From: Polyangiaceae bacterium
GTDB taxonomy: Bacteria > Myxococcota_A > Polyangia > Polyangiales > Polyangiaceae
Reading direction: 5' to 3'
Assembly (NCBI GenBank): GCA_965222375.1
Contig: CBDCTZ010000016.1
Span: 2,144,001 to 2,208,000, forward strand
Length of the DNA: 64,000 nt
Shown here one piece after another: positions 18,114 through 27,611 of the stretch (the first letter of the stretch is position 1; every line of letters starts with the position of its first letter). The notes below the pieces were generated by a model. It worked only from the letters and a program-made list of their open reading frames with translations, had not been told where the DNA came from and did no database searches. The translations under genes and the position numbers were made by a program.

Positions 18114-20306
18114 TCAGTCTGACAGGGTTGGCGACAGGCTCACGCGGAATGTGTTGATTCCTGCGCCTCGCCGAAACTCCAAAATCGGTCGTTCATCCGT
18201 GTGACGTACGTCGACCGCGACCTCGCTCCATTTGCGCAGTTGAGCGCGCCCCAAACTCAACTGGCGTCGAAATCCGGCGAGGTCGCCCAGGCCTGTGTTG
18301 GGCAGCTGTTCGGATACGTTGCTGACGTTTGCGTCGGACGCGGCGAGGCGTGCGTTGCTCAGGATGACGATCGCCTCGTCCGAGGAGAGCGCTAGCGCCT
18401 CGGCGTATTCGAACGCAGTCCGGGCGTTGGCGAGGATCACGCTCGCGTCGTTGCCCCAAACGTATTGAGCAAGGACCCCGTCCGAGCGCAGCGTGGACCT
18501 AGCTAGTTCGAAGAACTCTCGCGTCGCCAAGCTGGCGCCCTGAGTTCGGTATTGGTGCACGCTCACTACAATCGCGTCTAACGGATGCCGTTGCTGCCTC
18601 AAGTATGTGCGGCCATCCTGCGTCAAGAAACGCAAGTTCGAGGCTTCATGAGCGCGCTGGTTGTCGATAGCGAACCCCCCGAGGGCGTCGAACACCGCCG
18701 GCACCACGTCCACGCCGTCCACGCGGCCAGCGCCCAAGCCCACGGCCAATGTGCCCGCCGTGATCCCATAACCCATGCCGAGCACGGCGACGTGCTCGCG
18801 GCGCGGCGCGAAGTAGGCCGCGCTGAGCGCGAGTAGACGCTGAGTGTCGCCGGTCTTCGCCCGCCCCAGCTCGCCGGCAAGGCGGGATCCCGTGTTGAAG
18901 ATCGCCCGTCGCTCGCCGCTGAGCCTCGCAACCTCGAAGATCCCGCTTTCGCTTTCGCTGACCGTCTGCCGGAGTTGCGGGTGTACGACTCCAAGCGCCG
19001 GGCCCCGTTTCCAGAGCGAAGCGACTACGGCTGCAGTGCCGACGGCCAGGGCCCAGCGCCGCCGTCGCGACAAGAACACTGCCACGGCAGCCGCGGTCGT
19101 GGCGTGCAGCACCAAGATGCCGCGAGTGCCCAATGCGCTGCTCAGTAGGTAGGTCGTCAGCAGAGCACCCGCGGCAGCCGCCGCCGTGTTGAGAGCCACC
19201 GCCCGGCCCACGTTTCGGAGCCGCCCAGATTGTTCGAGCAGAGAAAGCGCAAGCGGGAAGAGAGTTCCCAGGCCGACAGCCGGGATGAACACGGCGCAAC
19301 TCAAGAATAGGGCTCGGGCGGCTGATGCCTTCGGCTGGTAGCTGGGGCTATCCCGGAGCAAAGAGAATAGCGCAGCGTCCGCCGACCAAAGCGCCGCGGC
19401 GAGGCTGAGGGCGACGATCATGAGGCAAGCCGCTGCGATCCGCGCCGCAGAAGACCTAAGGACGGCGCGACTTGCCAGAACGCCACCCAGTCCCAATCCC
19501 AGCAAGATGCTGCTCAGGGAAAGTGCCGTCACGAAGACGCGGTCGCCGACGAGTAGTCCGAAGACGCGCACCCACGCCACCTGCGCCGACAGCACCAAAA
19601 AGCCCGACGCCGCCGCGAGTGCTAGCGCAGCGCCCGAGCTATCGCGTTCGTCGGAAGGGCGCTGTTTCGCCGCGGGCGGCGAGGGAGTGACGACAGAGAA
19701 GTGGCGCGCACTGGCGGCCGCGATGCAGGCTGCAGCGATTCCGAATACGGCGGTGGCGGAGGCCGTCGACACCGCGCCCCACTGAGCGACTCCCCAAAAG
19801 GTTGCGAGCAGGGGCCCGAGCGCGGCGCCGAATAGGTTGCTTGCATACAGGGTTGGTAGTGCCACAGCGCCTTGTGCGGCAGTCGCGAGCAAAGGCAGGG
19901 TGGCTCCAAAGGCCGCGCTGGCAGGGCCCACCAGAACAAGCGCCGCCACCATGTGCTTGACCACGGTGGGGCCCGGTACGACGTCGAGCAGTGGCCGCAA
20001 AAGCGCGGCGTGTCGAAAACAAAGCAGTACAGCCAAAAAACCGAGCCCCGCGGCGAGCAACTCGAACCAAGCGTAGGTGCGTAAGGCTGCTTCGGGAGTG
20101 CTCCGCGGGCGTCGGGAAATTGCCCAGGCGCCCGCCGCATGGCCGAGAAGGAATGCGGTGACCACACTCGATAGCGCCTGGCTCGTGCCCCCGATCAGGA
20201 GGAAGGCGCCGCGCACCCAGAGTGTCTCGAAGGCGAGCGCCGCCAGCCCGGACAGAAAGAACGGCACCAAGAGCAGCAAAGAACGCCAGTGGCGCGAAGC
20301 TGACAT
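18114..20306 (-). CDS. Fused membrane / spermidine-synthase-like protein
   Basis: FFLSGLAALAFETLWVR, LYASNLFGAALG repeated TM halves; VAVLGMGYGITAG, DGRTYLR, ATREFF...GVLAQY, HTDERPILEF. Confidence 0.85.
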   Translation of the reverse strand: MSASRHWRSLLLLVPFFLSGLAALAFETLWVRGAFLLIGGTSQALSSVVTAFLLGHAAGAWAISRRPRSTPEAALRTYAWFELLAAGLGFLAVLLCFRHAALLRPLLDVVPGPTVVKHMVAALVLVGPASAAFGATLPLLATAAQGAVALPTLYASNLFGAALGPLLATFWGVAQWGAVSTASATAVFGIAAACIAAASARHFSVVTPSPPAAKQRPSDERDSSGAALALAAASGFLVLSAQVAWVRVFGLLVGDRVFVTALSLSSILLGLGLGGVLASRAVLRSSAARIAAACLMIVALSLAAALWSADAALFSLLRDSPSYQPKASAARALFLSCAVFIPAVGLGTLFPLALSLLEQSGRLRNVGRAVALNTAAAAAGALLTTYLLSSALGTRGILVLHATTAAAVAVFLSRRRRWALAVGTAAVVASLWKRGPALGVVHPQLRQTVSESESGIFEVARLSGERRAIFNTGSRLAGELGRAKTGDTQRLLALSAAYFAPRREHVAVLGMGYGITAGTLAVGLGAGRVDGVDVVPAVFDALGGFAIDNQRAHEASNLRFLTQDGRTYLRQQRHPLDAIVVSVHQYRTQGASLATREFFELARSTLRSDGVLAQYVWGNDASVILANARTAFEYAEALALSSDEAIVILSNARLAASDANVSNVSEQLPNTGLGDLAGFRRQLSLGRAQLRKWSEVAVDVRHTDERPILEFRRGAGINTFRVSLSPTLSD

Positions 20307-20448
20307 ACGCTCGACCCAGCATACTGCGTCGGTGCGGCGTGAACGACGGCGAAGCCCATTGAGTGGATGCGGGCCAGCGAGCAAGCGCGCGCAGAAGCAC
20401 AGGGCGCGAGAGATCGAGCCAAACCCCAATCCCCACCCAAAACGGAGG

Positions 20449-22026
20449 CTAGAGCGTTTTCAGATACTCGAGGACTGCGCGCCGCGCGGGCTTGGGCAAG
20501 TCGCTCAGGAATGGGTGCCCGCCGACGTCGAATCCCGGTTTTCGCGCGTCGTAGACGTAGCGGCCCGGGCTGAGTTTCAGTGGCGCCACGCCATCGGTGG
20601 TCTTCAACTTCAGCTGGCCGCCCTCTTCGACGACGGGTTGCCAAGCGACACCGACGCGCTGCAAGTCGTAGAGGGCGTTGGTATCGACCAGGTAATGCGT
20701 TGGGCGCTGTTCCGGTGGCGTCGCCAGAGTCTCCAAGTCCGGCCATTGCCCTGCGTGCCCGTACAGGCCGCGTGCCCAAACATCGACCAGTGGTCTAGGC
20801 ACGTAGCCGCCGGTCTTGCGCGAAGAGAGCAAGCCCCGGGAGTGGTCCAGGGAGTTGACGACCTGGAGCAGCTTGTCGCTCAGAACCTCGAGGCGGACGG
20901 GATCTGTTTTCAACGAAGAAAGCGGGACGACCTTTTCTTGGTACGCAACTTCTCGCTTCATGGGGCCGCTGTAGCTGCCGTGGCAACCTGCGCAGCTTTG
21001 GCCGAAGTGTTTTGCTCCTTGGGAAGCCAACTCGTGGTCGATGGCTGCCGGGAACGAAGGCTTTCGGGATAGCTGTTTGAGGAACAGGAAGATGCTGGTG
21101 GGAATGTGACGCTGGCGCTGATACCAGGCCGGTCGAACACCGAAGCCGAAATCCGCTTCAGCCACCATGGCGACCGGGGAACCCACCGTGGCGCCGTCGA
21201 AACTGTTCGTGGTTCGGTAGCGCCAGGGGGCGACGTCGGGGATCTTCACCCAGCCGACGTGCTTCGGCATTGGGATGCGCGCGCCGTGCTGCAGGCGAAG
21301 CGCCGCAATGAACCCTTCCACGGGTGCGACCCGCCCGGGAAGCCCATCTGCCAGGCGCTCGACGACTTCTGCCCGCACTTGTGCGCGGTCACGCATCTTG
21401 CGCACGGCCTGTCGCACCACGGCGGCGCGACTGTTGGTGCCCCAGGGGATCTTGTGGCTGCGAGCCTCCCGGTTCGCGATGGGCAAGATGGCGTCGGCAG
21501 TGAAGGCTTCGTCCAGGGCAATCCGGGTCAGCGCGGCGTCGTAGGCATGCAGCCGCAGGCGCTGGTTGCCCATGCCCTTGATCAAACGTGCGCCGCTGGA
21601 CGTGCGGACGACGTCCGTGTGGCACACCTGACAATTCATCATCAAGAATGGGATTCGGGTGTTGGGGTCTGTCGTGAGATGAAAGCCCACGGGCAGAGCA
21701 TTGGGATCTGCGGGAGCCTTGGCGTTGGCAAAGGTGCCGAACTTGTCGTTGAAGGCGAGCCAGTCCTTGCCCAGGTGCTGCGGGTAGCGCTTCTGCAGCG
21801 CCAAGAAGAGCGGGTAGGGGATGCCCGCGCCGTAGGGATCGCCAACGCCGGCTTCTTCGAAGTAGAAGCGACCCGCTTCTACGGAGATCGTGCGGTCGCG
21901 GTACTCTTCCGGCACGCTGAAGCCCTCGCCGGCTTTGCGCTCCTCCGCCAAGGGGTCCACGACCCCGGCCGTGTGGGCAGGCTCCGGCGCGCCGCCGCAG
22001 CCACCGAGGACGCCGCCCAGCGCCAT
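20449..22026 (-). CDS. Di-heme c-type cytochrome lipoprotein, RoxA-like/MauG-motif family
   Basis: Two CXXCH (CQVCH, CAGCH); GYVPRPLVDVWARGLYGHAGQWPDL resembles YxAPPLxGVWAxAPYxHNGSVP; ends VLEYLKTL; lipobox LGGC; start uncertain. Confidence 0.75.
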   Translation of the reverse strand: MALGGVLGGCGGAPEPAHTAGVVDPLAEERKAGEGFSVPEEYRDRTISVEAGRFYFEEAGVGDPYGAGIPYPLFLALQKRYPQHLGKDWLAFNDKFGTFANAKAPADPNALPVGFHLTTDPNTRIPFLMMNCQVCHTDVVRTSSGARLIKGMGNQRLRLHAYDAALTRIALDEAFTADAILPIANREARSHKIPWGTNSRAAVVRQAVRKMRDRAQVRAEVVERLADGLPGRVAPVEGFIAALRLQHGARIPMPKHVGWVKIPDVAPWRYRTTNSFDGATVGSPVAMVAEADFGFGVRPAWYQRQRHIPTSIFLFLKQLSRKPSFPAAIDHELASQGAKHFGQSCAGCHGSYSGPMKREVAYQEKVVPLSSLKTDPVRLEVLSDKLLQVVNSLDHSRGLLSSRKTGGYVPRPLVDVWARGLYGHAGQWPDLETLATPPEQRPTHYLVDTNALYDLQRVGVAWQPVVEEGGQLKLKTTDGVAPLKLSPGRYVYDARKPGFDVGGHPFLSDLPKPARRAVLEYLKTL

Positions 22027-22245
22027 GGCCACGCCCAAGCTCGACCGAAGTGTAATGAACGTGTCACGCCTCGGGTGTCGCCGGGTGTTCGCGCTCCGCG
22101 CCTCACGAGGCACTCCGATCCTGGCTTGTGCTGGCCCTGATTGTTCTCGCATTGTGGTGCCGGGCACGAAGCACGAGGCGTGCCATGGCGCCAGCGGAAG
22201 CTTGCCGATTGGACACGCGAGTTGGGTTCGCGATAAGCAAGCACG

Positions 22246-22878
22246 ATGGATTCCGGCGTGTCGACGCTCTGGCCCTTCGAGACGGGCGAGGCTCCGTTCC
22301 GGGTCAAGGGCATCGCGTACGCATTCCACATGGAATATGTCGAAATGGAGCTGCCGGGGGGCGCCGTCGCCCAGAGCGAGCATCTTGAAGACAAGGCGAC
22401 GCGGGAGTTCTTCCAACAACCGTTCTTCGCGACCAGTTGGTACGACGTCTATCCCTTGGTCCAGGCGGGGCACGCCTGCGCCAAGGCAAGCAACGTCGGA
22501 TTCGAAGAGTTTGTGCGTGTCCGCGGGCGCCATCAGGTGGAACGGGATCTCGGGATCATTCGTCGGGCGTTACTCGGCGTGCTCAGCCCGGCGTCCCTCG
22601 CAGTGCGGGTGCCGCGCCTCAATGCGTCGTACTTCGATTTCGTGGAGGCGGACTCACAACCCGTGGGCAAGGATGCCGTCGTCGGTCATTGTCACGGCCT
22701 GCCGGGTCCTGTGGTGCGTTGGTACCAGCTTGTCACCGAGACCTTTCTCGAAGAAGTTATCTCTCGCAGCGGCGCACGCCGTCGGAATGTGAGCTGGGAG
22801 CCGCCCACGCTTTGCGGTCACGCCCACGGCATTCCGCTCTACGCGGTCAGTTACGAAGTCAGCTGGACGAAGCGCTGA
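22246..22878 (+). CDS. Myxobacterial hypothetical protein (DUF2378-like)
   Basis: RVKGIAY...FFATSWYDVYPLV pattern resembles myxobacterial paralog families. Confidence 0.6.
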   Translation: MDSGVSTLWPFETGEAPFRVKGIAYAFHMEYVEMELPGGAVAQSEHLEDKATREFFQQPFFATSWYDVYPLVQAGHACAKASNVGFEEFVRVRGRHQVERDLGIIRRALLGVLSPASLAVRVPRLNASYFDFVEADSQPVGKDAVVGHCHGLPGPVVRWYQLVTETFLEEVISRSGARRRNVSWEPPTLCGHAHGIPLYAVSYEVSWTKR

Positions 22879-22949
22879 CGCCGGCGCAACTTCGACGCTT
22901 CGGGCGGCAGCGCCGTGCTCCAGGGCGCCGCGGGTTTCTTGAGGCCTCC

Positions 22950-22984
22950 CGATGACTTATATGCACCTTGCATATAAGTCATCG
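22950..22984. repeat. Perfect 16-bp AT-rich inverted repeat with 3-nt loop
   Basis: CGATGACTTATATGCA-CCT-TGCATATAAGTCATCG between convergent genes. Confidence 0.9.
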
Positions 22985-23021
22985 ATTGCCCCAATTGCCA
23001 GCCTTCCTGCGACGGCTGCGT

Positions 23022-24152
23022 CTACTTGCACCCGGACGTTTCGCGCAGACGCTGAATCTCGGCGAGTAGATCTTGGTCGAGCACCAAGGGCTCGATCAGT
23101 TTGTCGTTTATACCCAGGCTGCCGATGTTCTTGGTCTGCTCCAGGTAGAGCCAGCCGCGCCCCCAAGTCGTCAACGTGGCATCGCGCCAGCAAGCGTCCC
23201 CGCTGATGCGCTGATAGGCCTGTGGATACTGCTCCCGGGCCATTTTCAAGTAGCGCGTGAGGTACCAGAGGAAGGTGAGAATGCCGTCTTTTTGACTGGT
23301 CTTGCTGCCGCTGCTGAGCTGATCCTCGAAGGCCCAACTCGTTGCCAACGAATTGACGTACTGCACCGCTTCTTCCAGCAGCATGTTGTAGCCCTGGTCG
23401 CCGCCTTCGAAGGTGCCGTTGTTGGGATCGCCGTTCAGGTAGATCTTGCCGTAGGTATCGCAGCCAGATGAGGAAGAGCCGGTGCAAGGTGGGCGCAGCG
23501 CACTGTAGGAGTCCGTGTTGAGCAAGCTTCGAGCGAAGGTATCGCCGCCGCGCGCGACCGTGTCGCCACGCTGGCAAGTGAATTGCACGTCTGAGCGAAT
23601 CACGTACACGTTGTTCGGTGATTTTCCGAGTTCCAGATCGTAGATGTGGCCACACTCGTGCACGACCGTGCCTATGCGCTTGATCGCGGCGCTGACGGAA
23701 CTCGGGTTACCTGCGAACGCATCGACGCAACCTTGGCTGAGCAGCTTGCTGGTGAGCCCTCCGGCCACCAAGTCCTTTCCGATGGGGTAGCGAATGCCCA
23801 GCACGCCCAGGTAGAAGTCATTCAGGCCGCCCGGGTTGAAGGGCACGCCGCTGAAGTCGGCGCTGACGTTTGGCAAGACTTCGGAGTACTTGCCGTCGGT
23901 GCAGTTCGGGTCGACCCAGGGGCTCGTGTTTTGCGTGCCCCCTGCGGAGCCGCCCGCACCCGCAGCGCCGCCAGTTAGGCCAGCGCCGGCGCTTCCCGCG
24001 AACCCCGCTGCGCCGGCCGCGCCGCCAAAGGCACCAAAGGCGCCGAAACCACCACCACCGGCGCTGCCACCCGTCGCGCCGCCGCCCCCACTGTCAGATC
24101 CCGAGCACGCCAGTGAAAGCAGTGCCACGCCGACCGCAACGCCCTTGCTCAT
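23022..24152 (-). CDS. Lipoprotein with Gly-rich linker and HEXXH zincin-like motif
   Basis: LSLAC lipobox, GGS/GGA linker, VVHECGH and downstream LLEEAVQY. Confidence 0.75.
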   Translation of the reverse strand: MSKGVAVGVALLSLACSGSDSGGGGATGGSAGGGGFGAFGAFGGAAGAAGFAGSAGAGLTGGAAGAGGSAGGTQNTSPWVDPNCTDGKYSEVLPNVSADFSGVPFNPGGLNDFYLGVLGIRYPIGKDLVAGGLTSKLLSQGCVDAFAGNPSSVSAAIKRIGTVVHECGHIYDLELGKSPNNVYVIRSDVQFTCQRGDTVARGGDTFARSLLNTDSYSALRPPCTGSSSSGCDTYGKIYLNGDPNNGTFEGGDQGYNMLLEEAVQYVNSLATSWAFEDQLSSGSKTSQKDGILTFLWYLTRYLKMAREQYPQAYQRISGDACWRDATLTTWGRGWLYLEQTKNIGSLGINDKLIEPLVLDQDLLAEIQRLRETSGCK

Positions 24153-24228
24153 TCTCTTGTCGTACTGCTTTTTGGGGACCTGAGCAAATCCGAGGGCGCG
24201 CCGATCTTTCCTCACAGTGGTGTGCGGG

Positions 24229-25803
24229 TCACCCTTGGTAGCTTCCGTCCTGTGCGTAGAAGCTGTTGATGTAGTTTTCGATGTTCTTGTACTCGTCCTT
24301 GTTGATGTCTCCGTGGGCGTCCGACGGATCGTTGGGGTCGAGCCCGTTGGCTTTTTCCCAGGCGTCGGGCATGCCGTCGCCGTCGGTGTCGGTCGGCGGC
24401 GTGCCTTTGTTCATCGTTGGGAACCCGCAGTCCGTGGGCCCAGGGTGCCCGCAGAGCTCATTTTCGTCCGTGGGGTAGAAGCCAGTCCCGTTCATGTATT
24501 CCTTGACCATTCGCGCGTCGACGGGATCCCGAGGGAAGGCCCCAGCGTTCGCGAGTACAGACATCTCTACCTGCAGGCCGCTTGCGAAAGGGATCCCGGT
24601 GCCTGCGAAGGCTGGTACCGCGGAGACCTTTCCACGATCCGCAGGCTTGACGATGAGGTCCTCTGCTAGACCATCGTTGGGACGGTTCGGCCCGATGTTC
24701 CCCTTGACGTAGATGACGCTTGGCTCGTCGTCGTCGATGATTTCGATCGTCCGGTCGGCGTTTTGTAGTGCGGGGCCAGGCTTGTACAAGTTGCCGACCT
24801 AATTGGCGTAGGTACCAGCTCTGTTTTGTCCTGCCTTGTCCGCCCAGTTGTACGATAGGTTGTTGATGACCTCTGCCTCTTTGACCGATGAGCTAACCGC
24901 CGGCATTCTCTCGGAACAATTGGTGAGCAGGTTTCGATACACCGTGACTCGTCCGGGGCCTTTCGGTTGCTTGTGCTTGCGTGAGATGAGCAATCCGAAG
25001 TTGTGGGTGAGCAGTCCTTCTCCGATTAGCGAGTTTTGCACGGTCACGTTGGTGACGTCGCCAAGGGTGCCGAAAATGCCCATGACTTCGTCTGTGGACC
25101 AGCTGACGGAGATGTGATCCAGGATGACATTGTTCACGCCGTCGGCTCCAGCGACGATTCCGAAACCATCGACCCCCGCACCGGCGCCCCGGCCGGGTCG
25201 GAATCGCATTCCTCGGACGATGACTTCGTGGTTCTTTACGACGACTCTATTGCCCTTGATTAGAATTCCGTCGCCCGGAGCTGTTTGGCCCGCGAGCGTC
25301 AGATAGGGTTTTTTGATTTCGAGTTTGGGGATGGTCACGCTACCCCCGGTTTCGAAGATCACGATTCGCGGCTCGGGTGCTTCAATGGCGGCTCGAAAAC
25401 TTCCTGGACCGGATGAGTTCGTGTTGGCCACCTTGATGATTCGAGGAAGGTCCTTCGGGTTGCCGGATTGCTCGAACTTGGCATAGGCCCCGCGTGTGTG
25501 TTTGCCGTAGCCGGCCGCACCGGGAAACGCGAAGAGCCCCTGCTTGGGCGGACCTCCGTCTGACTGGCCGCCTGCGCTGCCGCCGGTTCCCGCGCCTGCA
25601 GCTCCCGAGTCTCCGGAGGCGCCCGAGCTTCCTGAGCTTCCTGAGCTGCCTGAGGCTCCCGAGGTCCCTGAAGTTCCTCCGGTGGCGGGGCCGTTGCGGC
25701 TCGTTTCCTCGCTGCCGCACCCTCCGCTCAGCGTTGCCAGAGTGGCTAGGCTAACGACGAGACCCTGCTAGCGGCCGCCGAGAATTCCTGTGGTTGAGGC
25801 CAT
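24229..25803 (-). pseudogene. Pectate-lyase-like (PL1-type beta-helix) lipoprotein with two in-frame TAG stops
   Basis: AGGAG RBS then ATG 25803; AFPGAAGYG, NSSGPGSFR, AGQTAPGDG, DHISVSWSTDE, DTDGDGMPDAWE all in one frame; TAG at 25770-25768 and 24801-24799. Confidence 0.85.
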
Positions 25804-25842
25804 CGATATTCTCCTGATCTGGCGCCCAGCATGCTGGGGCGC

Positions 25843-27543
25843 TCACAAGTTGACCGAGTGAATCCAAGCTTCTACGAGTGTCCAGCCGCTCCAATCCCAG
25901 CCTCCGATGGATTTGGAAGTGCTGATCACGTAGCCGCGGTTGTCTTGGCCGATTCGGTCTTTGAATCCGTTGGCCGATAGCCAAGCGTTCGGAACGATCT
26001 GATTGGGACCGGTCACGGCGGGTTTGGTACCGCTCGAGTAGTTCTCATTGGCTAAGGGCGCGAAGCTGCTCTCACCATCCCAGCGATCGCTGGTGTTGGC
26101 ATTGTAGTGATCGATCGCGGCCTTATCGACGAGATCAGTACCGCCAACTCGGCACCCAGAGTTTTTGAGGACCTCCGTCACCGCTGCGGAAACGTCGGTC
26201 AGGTGGTTGACCTCGGGAACCCAGCTTGGCTTGTTCGCCCCGCCGACCAGAACCGCATCGACCTTGACCTGATAGCTCGACCCAGTGTCGAGGTGCACGT
26301 CGTAGTTCCCGTTTGCTTTCGGGCCGACGACGTATACGGCGCCCGCATCCGAGCCCGCCTTTGGGAGCTGAGACGCGGAAGCCAGGATTCGATCGTCGCG
26401 GAAGACATGAACGTCATCCACGCTCTGGCTGGGGCGCTGCGCGGAGATGTTGCCCTCGATGTACGCTGTCCAAGTGGCGCCGACGCCTTGCGCGTCCATG
26501 GCGCGCGCCGGGTTCCCACTTCCCTCGTTGAAACTGTTGAACATCCAGGCTGACGAGGTCTGCCCACCTATCTCGCCGCCCTTGCTCTTCCAGTCATAGG
26601 AGATGTTGTTCACGATGGCGACGCGTTGACTCTCTAGTCCGACGCGGGGGTTGCGACCATCGGCCAATCCGAAGAAGTTTTGGAACAGCGTGACGTCGGC
26701 CGCGTACTTCACGAGCATGTTCAGATCGTGGGCGGCACCGGCGTAGGTGACGAAGGAATCTTGGACGGTGATGTTCTTGAAGCCGACGGTAGAGCTGCCT
26801 TCTCGCGAGATGTCAAAGCAACCGTCTTGGCTTCCTGCGACGCTCATGTTCGCGATGATGGCGTCAGTATTGCCCGCCGACGTGCCGATGAATGCCAGGG
26901 CATCCGCGCCGGAAATGCTGGGTTTGAACATCCTCACCCGACCCCCGCGCAAGATCGTGTTGCTCGCTTTGAAGACCCAGGGCGAGTTGGTGACGGCAAA
27001 ACCCTTGCTGTCAGCGGGTGCCGTGTTCATTGCGATCGTCAGATTGTCGGATTTCACGGTCAGCTGACTCGTGAGCACCAGCTTGCCCCCGGTCCGGAAC
27101 ACGATCAGCCGACCGGGCTTGCTCAATGCGTCGGGCAAGCTGCCGGCGCCCGAGGTGTTCGTATTCGTCACTTCGTAGAGCTCCGGCCAGTTCGCGGCCG
27201 TTGGGTTGGCGTACCAAGCCGCGAGTGCCCCTTTGGTTCTTGCGCCAGCCCTGACTGCGCCCGGAAACGCCAGACTCTTCGGAGAGCCGGGAACGCCGCC
27301 ACTGGAGCCTGCTGCCCCGCCGGAGGCCGCATTTCCCCCCGCGCCAGCGACGCCGCCTGTGCCTGCTGCGTTGCCTGACCCGCCGGTGCCCCCGGCGCCA
27401 GAAGAGTTTCCGACCCCCGCCGTTGCGCCGCTGCCCCCGCTGGCGCCGCCGGTCGCAGAAGATGGCCCGTCTCCATCGTCGGAACCGCAGCCTGCGACTG
27501 CCAGAAGAAGGCCAGACAAGGCGCAGAAGATAGCCCGCCTCAT
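25843..27543 (-). CDS. Pectate-lyase-like (PL1-type) lipoprotein
   Basis: VAGC lipobox, Gly linker, AFPGA, VTNTNTSGAGSL, GRNPRV. Confidence 0.8.
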   Translation of the reverse strand: MRRAIFCALSGLLLAVAGCGSDDGDGPSSATGGASGGSGATAGVGNSSGAGGTGGSGNAAGTGGVAGAGGNAASGGAAGSSGGVPGSPKSLAFPGAVRAGARTKGALAAWYANPTAANWPELYEVTNTNTSGAGSLPDALSKPGRLIVFRTGGKLVLTSQLTVKSDNLTIAMNTAPADSKGFAVTNSPWVFKASNTILRGGRVRMFKPSISGADALAFIGTSAGNTDAIIANMSVAGSQDGCFDISREGSSTVGFKNITVQDSFVTYAGAAHDLNMLVKYAADVTLFQNFFGLADGRNPRVGLESQRVAIVNNISYDWKSKGGEIGGQTSSAWMFNSFNEGSGNPARAMDAQGVGATWTAYIEGNISAQRPSQSVDDVHVFRDDRILASASQLPKAGSDAGAVYVVGPKANGNYDVHLDTGSSYQVKVDAVLVGGANKPSWVPEVNHLTDVSAAVTEVLKNSGCRVGGTDLVDKAAIDHYNANTSDRWDGESSFAPLANENYSSGTKPAVTGPNQIVPNAWLSANGFKDRIGQDNRGYVISTSKSIGGWDWSGWTLVEAWIHSVNL

Positions 27544-27611
27544 TCGGAGCTTCGTTGGCAATGAGGAGACAGCATCGCGGCCCAGCGCTTGGGGGAGGAA
27601 TCGTGTCATGG

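Noticed and set aside
25600..25690. Short tandem CCTGAGCTT-like repeats
   Set aside because: Encode a Gly/Ser linker, not a non-coding array
24229..25803. Genome-wide stop-codon reassignment
   Set aside because: TAG and TGA terminate conserved genes at expected positions (pheT, transposase, aspartate kinase)
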